Of a stretch of 64,000 nt of DNA, positions 49,624 through 58,203 are shown piece after piece (position 1 is the stretch's first letter; each line of letters starts with the position of its first letter). Under the pieces are notes generated by a model that was not told the DNA's origin, did no database searches, and saw nothing but the letters and a program-made list of their open reading frames with translations. Both the position numbers and the translations under genes were made by a program. The stretch is from Patescibacteria group bacterium (lineage in GTDB: Bacteria; Patescibacteriota; Microgenomatia; UBA1400; PJMF01). The stretch spans positions 144,814 through 208,813 of the forward strand of contig JBGTEY010000013.1 in the NCBI GenBank assembly GCA_041747555.1, given 5' to 3'.

Positions 49624-49977
49624 ATGGCGCAATATTTTACCTACCAAGACCAGAAAATCGCAGTTGGCGACACCGTAAAGGTTCATGAAGAGATCTCTGA
49701 GGGCGATAAGACTCGTATTCAGATCTTTGAAGGGCTTATCATTGCGGTTAAAAACCGTGGAAATGGCAAATCAGTCACTGTCCGTAAAATTGGTTCAAAC
49801 GGCATTGGTGTTGAGAAGATCTTCCCCCTGATGATGCCTCAACTCAAACAACTCGAGTTAAAGCGTAAGGGTTCTGTAAGGCGAGCAAAGCTATACTACC
49901 TACGTGAACGAGTTGGTAAATCAGCCACCAGAGTTAAAGAAAAGAGTACTGTCGGCAAAACAGCGGCAGCAGTATAA
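49624..49977 (+). CDS. rplS: 50S ribosomal protein L19
   Basis: [48 protein letters not shown]. Confidence 0.9.
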   Translation: MAQYFTYQDQKIAVGDTVKVHEEISEGDKTRIQIFEGLIIAVKNRGNGKSVTVRKIGSNGIGVEKIFPLMMPQLKQLELKRKGSVRRAKLYYLRERVGKSATRVKEKSTVGKTAAAV

Positions 49978-50320
49978 TACTTCTCTGGGTGCTTGGGGCG
50001 AATCCCGAGCCACACACTTTCTCATTTCACTCGGATTCACGATACTTGCGCAGAATATAGTTGCGAATGGTTGTGAGGTGGACATCGTTGCTCTCGACCA
50101 TACAATGGGCGAGCTGGTATTTATTGAGGTAAAAACCAGAAAAAATGATCATTTTGGCCATCCAAGCCAAGCGATCAACTATAAAAAAATAAGAAATATG
50201 CGACGAGCTGCAGCTGCGTACACTCGACAAATTAGATGGCAAAAACGCTATCGTTTCGACAGCATCAGCATCCTACCTGGCAGGGTAGAGCACTTTGAAA
50301 ATATAACTTGGAACTCATAA
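49904..50320 (+). CDS. yraN: YraN/UPF0102 family endonuclease
   Basis: [11 protein letters not shown]...[10 protein letters not shown]...FIEVKTRKN; ATG 49904 gives 74-nt overlap with rplS, true start may be downstream non-ATG. Confidence 0.65.
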   Translation: MNELVNQPPELKKRVLSAKQRQQYNTSLGAWGESRATHFLISLGFTILAQNIVANGCEVDIVALDHTMGELVFIEVKTRKNDHFGHPSQAINYKKIRNMRRAAAAYTRQIRWQKRYRFDSISILPGRVEHFENITWNS

Positions 50321-50382
50321 GATTCTGGCAACTTTGCCAAGAATGCATTATACTACTCAAGTTGACAGCGCCTTTGCAAAAA

Positions 50383-50454
50383 GGCCCCATCGTCTAACGG
50401 TTAGGACGCAGGGTTTTCATCCCTGAAATCGGAGTTCGATTCTCCGTGGGGTCA
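50383..50454 (+). tRNA. tRNA-Glu (anticodon TTC)
   Basis: GGCCCCA / GTCT-AACGGTTA-GGAC / CAGGG-TTTTCAT-CCCTG / CGGAG-TTCGATT-CTCCG / TGGGGTC-A. Confidence 0.85.
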
Positions 50455-50584
50455 CCCGGTTTCAACAAATCTATTGTGGCAGAGTACTATTCATTGCATG
50501 CCAAAATTCTTGCTGCACACATTCTTGAGAACCGCGAAGTACTTCACAGCGCTACCCTGAGCAAGCAGCTGCGCGAAGAGTAAG

Positions 50585-51100
50585 CTACAGCTTCCTAGAA
50601 TCATACGCCCAGTGCAAAAGTGCTTGTCGCTGACGAGGTCGACACAGTAGATCTCCCGTTTTGCAATTTTTTTTGAGCTGACTCACATGACGCTTCATTG
50701 CTTTCCATCTGCGAATTTGCCGTTCATCATCCATAGAGCGCCGTCCCAAGTAGTATCGACAATACCACTGAAACCAACCTCTTGGATCCTGAGGGTTGAT
50801 CCAACCCTTTTTTTGCCAGTATGCGAGAGGTTTGCTTGCGTGAACCTTAAAAAGGTTTAACGAATTATCTTTTTCCCCATCGCTTAACTTCGCATTTACA
50901 AACCAGTTTTTCGGTAATTCGCCACTGTTTTTATCAAGATATCGACCACCAAACACTCCAAGTTCGAGCATTTGTTTTGGAGTTAAGTCCGGCTTAAAAT
51001 CAGGATCGAATGCACCGACAGGTTCAGTCAGATGGTATATATAGTTTTTTTGAAATGCATCTGAGACGATAATTTTACGTGCTTCTTGAGTGTCTTTCAT
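50585..51100 (-). CDS. conserved hypothetical protein (W/Y/R-rich C-terminal motif GWFQWYCRYYLGRR...DDERQIRRW)
   Basis: 171 aa ORF 70 nt downstream of glnA on same strand; family not recognised. Confidence 0.45.
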   Translation of the reverse strand: MKDTQEARKIIVSDAFQKNYIYHLTEPVGAFDPDFKPDLTPKQMLELGVFGGRYLDKNSGELPKNWFVNAKLSDGEKDNSLNLFKVHASKPLAYWQKKGWINPQDPRGWFQWYCRYYLGRRSMDDERQIRRWKAMKRHVSQLKKNCKTGDLLCRPRQRQALLHWAYDSRKL

Positions 51101-51169
51101 AGTTGATCTACTTATTTTGGTTCACCCACAAAATAATAACCTTTTTGCAGGTGTGATTTTGTACTTTAC

Positions 51170-52603
51170 TTAAAAGGCTTTCCACAACACCTGATTCGTC
51201 ACCTCATGATGGTACAAAATCTCAGAGGCTTTAACCGTTTTTCCAAGTGACTTAGGAGAACGATCCGCGGCTTGTTGCTTCCAATCAGCGTATTTAGCTT
51301 GCACGTTTTCTCCCAAGAATTGTCCTATAAATCCACTCGATTTAAATAATCTCAAAGCATCATACATATTACTCGGCAAATATCGGAGTCTGGCACGCTT
51401 ATTTTTTGGCTGATCCAAAACTTTCCCGTGCAACGCGGTATTGAGGAGAGCGTACATCACGAGATACGGATTCGCATCCGGCGCAATTGATCTGACCTCA
51501 ATACGAGTAGTCGTTTCATTTCCTACAGGAATTCTAATCATTGAACCTCTATCAGTGGGGGAGACTTTGATTTGATTTGGAGCCTCAAAATTTGGATCTA
51601 ATCGGCGATATGCATTCACACTAGAATTAAACAATAAACATAGTTCAGGCGCATGATTTAAAATTTTATAGACAGCATCCCAAGCACTTTCAGAGAGATG
51701 ATACTCACCTTTCTTGGAATAAAACATGTTTTTACCATTTTTCATGATCGAAAAATTCATGTGCATGCCGTTGCCGTTGATTCCCGCAATTGGTTTCGGC
51801 AAAAAGCATGCGGTCATGCCACGCTGAGCGGCGACCTGACGGCAGACGAGCTTGTAGAGCTGTATTTGATCAGCTATTTCAATCAGAGATCCGAACCTGA
51901 AATTTAATTCAAACTGTGATGGTGCAACTTCTGGATGATCTTTTTCATTCTGAAAACCAAGTGCGCGCTGTGCCTCGGCGGCGGTATCAATAAACAGTCG
52001 TAACTCATCGTTGGGCAGCGACTGGTAATACCCACCACTCGATATTGGTTGAAAACCCTGAGCCTCATCGTATCGCCGCTCAGCATTGGTCCCACTAAAA
52101 AGAAACCCCTCAACCTCTGGTGCTACAAGTGCTTCAATTTTTTTTGATGCAAATAACTCTCCAGTCATTTGTTTGAGTACACCTCTAAAATCTGTTGGGT
52201 ACTGCACGCGCTCGCTGTCAGAGATTGACGCAAACAGCAGCACTTTCCCGGGACCAAAAATATCAGAGGGCAACCATCGCAGCGAGCTCCAGTCAGGAAC
52301 GAGCCGCAAGTCACTCTCTGCCAATTCAGTAAACCCACGCACCGAAGAACCGTCAAACGTCAAATTATCTGCACTCGATAAAAAATGATGCTTATCATAA
52401 TCCAACATGTGAAACTGTCCCTCTATATTACTAAAGCAGAGGGTAACGGCTTTGATTCCAGATTCTTTTTTTAAGTAGGAACGATATTCTTTTTCAAAAT
52501 CAGCTTCAGAAACATGCTTACTTCGTTGCTTTTTGGCTGCTAGGTTTTTCTGCTCAAGCTCGGCGTAGGAAAGTTCGGTGAAGTTACGGAGATCAGTAAT
52601 CAT
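51170..52603 (-). CDS. glnA: glutamine synthetase family protein (type I-like)
   Basis: N-terminal beta-grasp (CFSNIEGQFHML...FDGSSVRGF) and catalytic domain (NGMHMNFS, RIPVGNETTTRIEVRSIAPDANPYL). Confidence 0.8.
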   Translation of the reverse strand: MITDLRNFTELSYAELEQKNLAAKKQRSKHVSEADFEKEYRSYLKKESGIKAVTLCFSNIEGQFHMLDYDKHHFLSSADNLTFDGSSVRGFTELAESDLRLVPDWSSLRWLPSDIFGPGKVLLFASISDSERVQYPTDFRGVLKQMTGELFASKKIEALVAPEVEGFLFSGTNAERRYDEAQGFQPISSGGYYQSLPNDELRLFIDTAAEAQRALGFQNEKDHPEVAPSQFELNFRFGSLIEIADQIQLYKLVCRQVAAQRGMTACFLPKPIAGINGNGMHMNFSIMKNGKNMFYSKKGEYHLSESAWDAVYKILNHAPELCLLFNSSVNAYRRLDPNFEAPNQIKVSPTDRGSMIRIPVGNETTTRIEVRSIAPDANPYLVMYALLNTALHGKVLDQPKNKRARLRYLPSNMYDALRLFKSSGFIGQFLGENVQAKYADWKQQAADRSPKSLGKTVKASEILYHHEVTNQVLWKAF

Positions 52604-52688
52604 TTGAGCCTTTATGCTTATTTAATACATGATTACTGTATTTTTACAGGAATTTAACTTAATTAGCAATTACTTTAATTTAAATTCA

Positions 52689-53165
52689 CTATTTTGTTAA
52701 ATCAACCTCAATCTTAAAGTCTCTCGTCAACATCCCATGTGTCCCGCGCTCAAAGGAATTTGTCCAAATTGCATCAATTTTTGCACTCCACATTCTCTGA
52801 TGACTACTCCCTTGATAGTACTCAATATCTATTTCTTTTTTTCCTAAATTAGTTCTGAAGTGATTATGAACTTTTAAAGCAATTTCCAACTCCGCATCTG
52901 CCGCCATATGCGCGTCTGTCGTCCGAAAATAAAGCCCAGGACCACCACTAACACTGTCAAAAGCCACAAAATACGCCTGACCTGTGCGCATCACATTCTT
53001 GGAATGCTGAGACTCAGGATGAGAGCCCCAATAAATAGTTTCTAAGCGCTCATCATAAAGAAATACTAGGGGAGAATTATGAGGCGAACCGTCCTCATTA
53101 ACAGTCGCCATGCTGACGAACTTAATTTTTTTTAAAAGGTTTTTTATTTCTGTGATGTTGATCAT
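52689..53165 (-). CDS. pyridoxamine 5'-phosphate oxidase-like FMN-binding split-barrel protein
   Basis: VSMATVNEDGSPHNSPLVFLYD pattern typical of PNPOx-like family. Confidence 0.55.
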   Translation of the reverse strand: MINITEIKNLLKKIKFVSMATVNEDGSPHNSPLVFLYDERLETIYWGSHPESQHSKNVMRTGQAYFVAFDSVSGGPGLYFRTTDAHMAADAELEIALKVHNHFRTNLGKKEIDIEYYQGSSHQRMWSAKIDAIWTNSFERGTHGMLTRDFKIEVDLTK

Positions 53166-53287
53166 GGCTCGATTGTATCAAACGTACGCACACATCGGTT
53201 ATTCCAATTCCCCATTCCCATATGCTACACTGACTACACGTAGTTTGGTGCGATATCAGCATCAAAAATATCAACGGGGAGGTTTGT

Positions 53288-53761
53288 ATGAAATCGAATA
53301 CAGTGATGTGGGTGACACTTGTTGTCATCGCGGCGGGAATTTGGTACTGGTTTATGAAACCAACCCAAGAGCCAGTTCGAGATGATATGATGATTGAGGA
53401 CGCCATGTTGCAAGAAGCCGCAGTCCAAGGCGCAACAGTCAATCTTTTTGAACAAAATGACTTAGGGCAATCCGGCACCGCAGTGCTTAGAGAGAATGAA
53501 GCCGGCCAGCTCATGGTTGAACTATCTATGACCGGTGGTGATTTTTCTGCACCACAACCTGCACATATACACCTTGGCGCTTGTCCAGAACCTGCAGCAG
53601 TCGAGTACCCACTGACAAACGTCGTTGATGGCGAATCCGTCACCACGCTTGATGTTAGTTGGTCAGATTTGATAGAAGCTGATGCACCTATGGCGATCAA
53701 TGTCCATAAATCTTCAGCAGAATCAAGTGTCTATACCGCTTGCGGAGATTTACCACTTTAA
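53288..53761 (+). CDS. secreted protein, possible CHRD-like domain
   Basis: N-terminal TM/signal; AHIHLG motif; SD GGGGAGG upstream; competes with antisense ORF 53122-53700. Confidence 0.4.
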   Translation: MKSNTVMWVTLVVIAAGIWYWFMKPTQEPVRDDMMIEDAMLQEAAVQGATVNLFEQNDLGQSGTAVLRENEAGQLMVELSMTGGDFSAPQPAHIHLGACPEPAAVEYPLTNVVDGESVTTLDVSWSDLIEADAPMAINVHKSSAESSVYTACGDLPL

Positions 53762-53785
53762 ATTTGAATGAAATAAAAAAAATGA

Positions 53786-54703
53786 TTACGGCGTAGCCCG
53801 TACCATAAGTCCAAGATGATCGGAACTTGTCTCGAATGTTTCAAATTCGAGCACGTTCCATCTCTTGGGTAAGTAGATATGATCGAGGTCTCGCATTCCA
53901 TTTGGAGCAACTAATTGCTTAACAGGAAACCACTGCGGATGCTGCAGCTCATCAAGCAAAGACTGCCGTGGAAATGTTGGCGCTCCATAATGCACAATGG
54001 GCAATGACTCGAAAAGATATGAAAATTTTTCATACGATTCATTGAAATCGCCTGCTAAAACTAAATTGTGTTCAGGATATTCTTCGTGATATTTCTTAAT
54101 AAATTGAGATGTATATTCCAGTTGCTCTGTACGAACTTTTTTATCGAACGCAGACGGATGAATCGCAAAAATAGTTAGATCAAGCTCAGGAATATAAAAT
54201 CCACACTCACCACCTCGATCACCAGAACCAGGCATCTTAAATTCTGAAATCATCTCACCCTGAAATTTACTACCTATAACCGTTGCTCTCTCCAGAATAT
54301 CCTTCTTGCCAGAACCCTGACTGACACACGTAACATAATCATAATCCTCAAGCGTACGAATTGTCGTGCTGCCTTCCATGTACGGCATAACTTCTTGCAG
54401 GACAATAATACTCGGATCATATTTGTCGAGCAGATCTTGTGCGGGTTTAGAAGGATTCTCCCGCCAGCGCTCCTCAATTTTCTCTGGACTCTTGGCAACC
54501 AAAACATAGTAATGCGCCAGCAACCAATTAAAAACCCCATCCACACCCCAACCTTCACCAAAGGTATTTTGAACAACAATTGTGATGGGGGAAGGGGAAG
54601 GCTCAACCTCTTGAACCTCGTCATGCTCCACAGCACGAACCGGCTGTGGAGACATGACTATGCCAAAAGCAACAATGAAAGCTGCGAATGTACGCTTGAA
54701 CAT
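53786..54703 (-). CDS. secreted endonuclease/exonuclease/phosphatase (EEP) family protein
   Basis: Signal peptide ending VRA; C-terminal SDHLGLMV catalytic motif. Confidence 0.7.
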   Translation of the reverse strand: MFKRTFAAFIVAFGIVMSPQPVRAVEHDEVQEVEPSPSPITIVVQNTFGEGWGVDGVFNWLLAHYYVLVAKSPEKIEERWRENPSKPAQDLLDKYDPSIIVLQEVMPYMEGSTTIRTLEDYDYVTCVSQGSGKKDILERATVIGSKFQGEMISEFKMPGSGDRGGECGFYIPELDLTIFAIHPSAFDKKVRTEQLEYTSQFIKKYHEEYPEHNLVLAGDFNESYEKFSYLFESLPIVHYGAPTFPRQSLLDELQHPQWFPVKQLVAPNGMRDLDHIYLPKRWNVLEFETFETSSDHLGLMVRATP

Positions 54704-55207
54704 TTATTCAACCACTACTGCTAACTTATTCATACTTGATTGCCAACCCTCGGTCATACCGCTCTTTAGCATAGCTTGGTATTCAGCCTCGGTAGCTGGT
54801 TCTGGGTAAATTATAGTCACTTTGGTGCGATCTTCACCTTCATCCTCAAAAAGCACTGTGATTGTAGCCTCTTTCGGAAAATTTGGATCTTGCCCAAAAT
54901 CTGCAGGATCAAGCATCTCACCGTTTTCATCAGAAAAATAATCAGTCACTACAAGTTTCTCGTGGGGAACAATTTCCTTATACACGCCGGCGCTATGCAT
55001 CGTGCCTTCCCATTCTGATCCCTCAGGACCTTTCATGGCATACACATATTTTCCACCAACGGTAAGATCAACTTTGATTGATGGAGCGGTAAAACCTTCT
55101 GGACCCCACCACTGTGAAATCAAATCAGGTTCTGTCCATGCCCGCCACACCATCTCGCGTGGAGCTTCAAAAATTCGTGTTATTACAATGTCTCTCTCAT
55201 TTGACAT
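54704..55207 (-). CDS. SRPBCC/AHSA1-like (activator of Hsp90 ATPase homolog) domain protein
   Basis: ITRIFEAPREMVWRAWTEPDLISQWWGPEGF signature. Confidence 0.75.
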   Translation of the reverse strand: MSNERDIVITRIFEAPREMVWRAWTEPDLISQWWGPEGFTAPSIKVDLTVGGKYVYAMKGPEGSEWEGTMHSAGVYKEIVPHEKLVVTDYFSDENGEMLDPADFGQDPNFPKEATITVLFEDEGEDRTKVTIIYPEPATEAEYQAMLKSGMTEGWQSSMNKLAVVVE

Positions 55208-55544
55208 GAGTACCTTTCATGGCTAGTAATACATTTGAAAGTCGATTCATTCGAGCAGCCCAAACTTGGTTAATTTCCGCGACCCAATTAGAAACTTCGC
55301 AGAGTGTATCCATATTTACTGAATACAATCTGAGCTTTGCATCTCGTTCAACGGTCACGAGACGTGCAGAGCGGAGGATTTTTAGATGTTGAGAAATTGC
55401 AGAAGCAGAACTTGGGAATTCAGAATAAATATCCGTCGCCTGCATTTGTCCTTTGTGGGCAAGGAGTTCAAGTATTTGTCGTCGACTTGGATCTGAGAGG
55501 GCGGAAAATGCATTCATAGCATGAATACTACTCCCTATTCTCAT
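55197..55544 (-). CDS. ArsR/SmtB family transcriptional regulator
   Basis: ALSDPSRRQILELL...ISQHLKILRSARLV winged-HTH; overlaps AHSA1 gene by 11 nt (operon). Confidence 0.8.
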   Translation of the reverse strand: MRIGSSIHAMNAFSALSDPSRRQILELLAHKGQMQATDIYSEFPSSASAISQHLKILRSARLVTVERDAKLRLYSVNMDTLCEVSNWVAEINQVWAARMNRLSNVLLAMKGTHVK

Positions 55545-55613
55545 TTAAGTAAATGCTTAAATGAAGTATATCAATGCTTGCTGTATGTTAATTGAGCTAA
55601 CTGTGCGTAGTAA

Positions 55614-56315
55614 TTATTTCTTTGATGAAAAAACTTGTGAAATCCAGAGTGCGATCCGCAAAAGGAGGACGAGGATTATGAAAATGCTAACGAGCAAACT
55701 TCCGGAAGGAGGGCGCGAAGCGCCCTCAGTCCACCATGTTATCCACCGATCCATCTTGAGCAGAACTACATGCATCAAGACAAAAATAAGCGCAATATAT
55801 CCAGTCCTCAGAATTTTTCGCCACGCCACACCTCCAAGCTCTGTGGCTGCATATGCATTAGAAATCAGCGCCATAATTGTAAAAATTGCCATTGCCACGC
55901 TCGCCTCAATAACCGGCAACACCGCTCCCGATTGCCAGGCAACAGGATCAATCAACTTTTTAAATGCACTGAGTGACAACAACATGTGTACCACTGCAAA
56001 TGCAAATCCAATTAATCCCAGATACTTTCGATAAATAATTTTAGTATCCATAAAATCCCAGAAATAACAGAGCCCCGTCAGCAACATTGATGAGCCAATA
56101 AGAATTACTGATGCATCTGCCACAGCTTTATTGAGCAATCCAGGAATGCCGAGCCACGCGTTATACGCATAAAAGGCCGCAAAAACAACCAATCCAAAAA
56201 TGGTGGTATTTACGTAGAGTTTAAATGAAGAAAATTTAGGGGATTTTTGAGCGGTTTTTTTAAACCATTTGTCGAACTGCATATTGCTTACTATACCAAT
56301 GTTCTTGGGATGCAA
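55614..56315 (-). CDS. polytopic membrane protein of unknown function
   Basis: 233 aa, ~6 TM helices, conserved His in TM segments. Confidence 0.5.
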   Translation of the reverse strand: MHPKNIGIVSNMQFDKWFKKTAQKSPKFSSFKLYVNTTIFGLVVFAAFYAYNAWLGIPGLLNKAVADASVILIGSSMLLTGLCYFWDFMDTKIIYRKYLGLIGFAFAVVHMLLSLSAFKKLIDPVAWQSGAVLPVIEASVAMAIFTIMALISNAYAATELGGVAWRKILRTGYIALIFVLMHVVLLKMDRWITWWTEGASRPPSGSLLVSIFIILVLLLRIALWISQVFSSKK

Positions 56316-56369
56316 GCAATATGCAGTCGATGTTTCTACAGAGCTATGCTCTGCAGGTGATTACGATAA

Positions 56370-56720
56370 TTATCGTCGGTCGTTATACCCACCACGATTG
56401 TTGTTTCGTGGGCTGTATCCGCCGCCACCACGACTGTCGTCGCGTGGTTGACGAGGTCTTGCGATGTTAACCACAAGGTCTCGACCTTCGAGTTCGGTAC
56501 CATGAAGTCCAGCAATAGCTGCTTGAGCTTGCTCTTCAGATCCCATTTCGACGAAAGCAATACCTTTTGATCGACCAGTGTTTCGGTCGGTGATAAGGCG
56601 GACGCTTTCAACTTCGCCAAATTCACTAAACATGTCGCGCATCTGATCCTCAGTTACGCTCCATGGAATATTACCCACAAACAATTTGCGTGGGTTATCT
56701 TGAGGGGTGTCGTTATACAT
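56370..56720 (-). CDS. RRM-domain RNA-binding protein with C-terminal RGG/Gly-Arg tail
   Basis: RNP2 LFVGNI, RNP1 KGIAFVEM; start at second ATG (56720) preceded by AAGGGAG SD. Confidence 0.8.
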   Translation of the reverse strand: MYNDTPQDNPRKLFVGNIPWSVTEDQMRDMFSEFGEVESVRLITDRNTGRSKGIAFVEMGSEEQAQAAIAGLHGTELEGRDLVVNIARPRQPRDDSRGGGGYSPRNNNRGGYNDRR

Positions 56721-56931
56721 TACTCCCTTTTGCCTCTTGGGCATATTAAATACATCTTCTTCGAACAGGGTGCTTTACAAGGGAGAGAACATCGTCTACA
56801 CACCTATGGGATCAAGTATTCTAGTGAAGTGATAAGTATTATAGCACAGATACCCGATTAACCAGCATCAGCATGATCAGATGCGTATTTTTATAGAGAT
56901 TTAGATCTAAAAATTCTGCTACAATGACTTC

Positions 56932-57234
56932 ATGAAAAAGCAATCCTCCCCCCAAACCCTCAATGAAGCATATGAAATTGTCAACCAAGAACTCCTTGAA
57001 ATGTTTCTCAAAAAACACAAGGATTATGGCAAAGGAAACATCCTCTCAGTCAAGGAACTCGGCATTGCCATGCGCATTACCGAAAAAGTCGAACGCCTCA
57101 AACATCTGCTGATGGCAGGTGAAGATCCAACCAATGAGTCGCTCACTGAAACCTGGATCGATATTGCGGTCTATGCAGAAATCGCAGTACTTCTCAGAAG
57201 AGGGTGGTTTCAGGAATTAGAGGTTGAAGAGTAA
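56932..57234 (+). CDS. small all-helical hypothetical protein (possibly MazG-like/DUF1599-like)
   Basis: 100 aa; E-rich helices EAYEIVNQELLEM / ETWIDIAVYAEI; TACAAT 6 nt upstream of ATG. Confidence 0.4.
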   Translation: MKKQSSPQTLNEAYEIVNQELLEMFLKKHKDYGKGNILSVKELGIAMRITEKVERLKHLLMAGEDPTNESLTETWIDIAVYAEIAVLLRRGWFQELEVEE

Positions 57235-57244
57235 TATTTTTCTC

Positions 57245-58174
57245 TTACAGAGTCTGTGCTGCGCGAAGCGCCATTGCCAACGCTCCATACACGGGAGCAG
57301 TCTCAGGGTAGATTGCCGTCATATTCGGCACTGATTGGGCCAGTCGCTGTTGGAGCGGTTCACGAACCCGAGGCAAATGATTTACCGAACCAGAGAATAC
57401 ACCGTCAACCGGTACAGATTCAAGGGATAATCGTCGAATAACTGTTTCAACTTGCAGCGCAAGGTCTGCTACCGCTTTTGCATAAATTTCTAAGGCTACG
57501 GGATCGCCATGAGCTGCGGCCAGATCACAAATCTTAGAGAGGTCGGCCACTTCGCTTTTTCCAATCAATGGATTGTAAATTTTAGATTTTAATTCTTCTA
57601 TTGAAGTAATTTCAAAGGTTTCACAAACCAGTTTTTCTAGCTCAGTCTTTGGACCTCGCTGATCAAAACTCATCACCGCCGCACGCAGCGTCTGCCGCCC
57701 AATGGCGTACCCAGAACCTTGATCAGTGAGCAAATAATCCATACCACTCACTCGAGCAATTTCACCAGCGCTATTTTTTGCAAAACAAATACTGCCCGTT
57801 CCAGAAATCAGCACCAGCGCATCTTCTGATGCAGTGCCATTTGCCATCGCAATCATGCTGTCGTTTTCAAGGCGAAAATGGTCAAACGTCAAATGACTCA
57901 GTGAATTCTTGAACGCTCCTAGCGCTTGTTGCATCTCATGTTCTGTGTCCAGACCTGCCAAACCCATCACAAATGCTTTGAAATGTGTCACATTTGGAAT
58001 TGACTCAGTTGCTTGTCTAATACCTTCGATTAAATTAAAACCAGCCGCACCAATAGAAGTACTCGTTAAGTTAGTCGGCCCAGCGAGCCCTACGCCAACG
58101 GTATTTCCTTCAAGATCAGCACAGAGAACGTCGGTTTTTGTTCCGCCTCCATCAATTGCAAGTACGTAATCCAT
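57245..58174 (-). CDS. BadF/BadG/BcrA/BcrD-type ATPase (N-acetylglucosamine/glucose kinase-like)
   Basis: MDYVLAIDGGGTKTDV phosphate-1 motif; start at ATG 58174 (ORF track 58192). Confidence 0.7.
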   Translation of the reverse strand: MDYVLAIDGGGTKTDVLCADLEGNTVGVGLAGPTNLTSTSIGAAGFNLIEGIRQATESIPNVTHFKAFVMGLAGLDTEHEMQQALGAFKNSLSHLTFDHFRLENDSMIAMANGTASEDALVLISGTGSICFAKNSAGEIARVSGMDYLLTDQGSGYAIGRQTLRAAVMSFDQRGPKTELEKLVCETFEITSIEELKSKIYNPLIGKSEVADLSKICDLAAAHGDPVALEIYAKAVADLALQVETVIRRLSLESVPVDGVFSGSVNHLPRVREPLQQRLAQSVPNMTAIYPETAPVYGALAMALRAAQTL

Positions 58175-58203
58175 AGATCCTTTCTGAAACATTTGATCTG
58201 ATT

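Noticed and set aside
50498-50560. 20-codon ORF (MPKFLLHTFLRTAKYFTALP) just downstream of tRNA-Glu
   Set aside because: Too short, no SD or -10 context. Likely tRNA trailer / 3' UTR of the convergent minus-strand gene.
53122-53700. 192-aa minus-strand ORF overlapping the CHRD-like gene and the PNPOx gene start
   Set aside because: Overlaps two better-supported genes. The plus-strand ORF has an SD (GGGGAGG) and a signal peptide, and the minus ORF has odd S/T/A-rich composition.
55561-56034. 157-aa plus-strand ORF antisense to the 55614-56315 membrane protein gene
   Set aside because: The minus-strand ORF is longer with a regular TM-helix pattern. The plus ORF lacks start signals.
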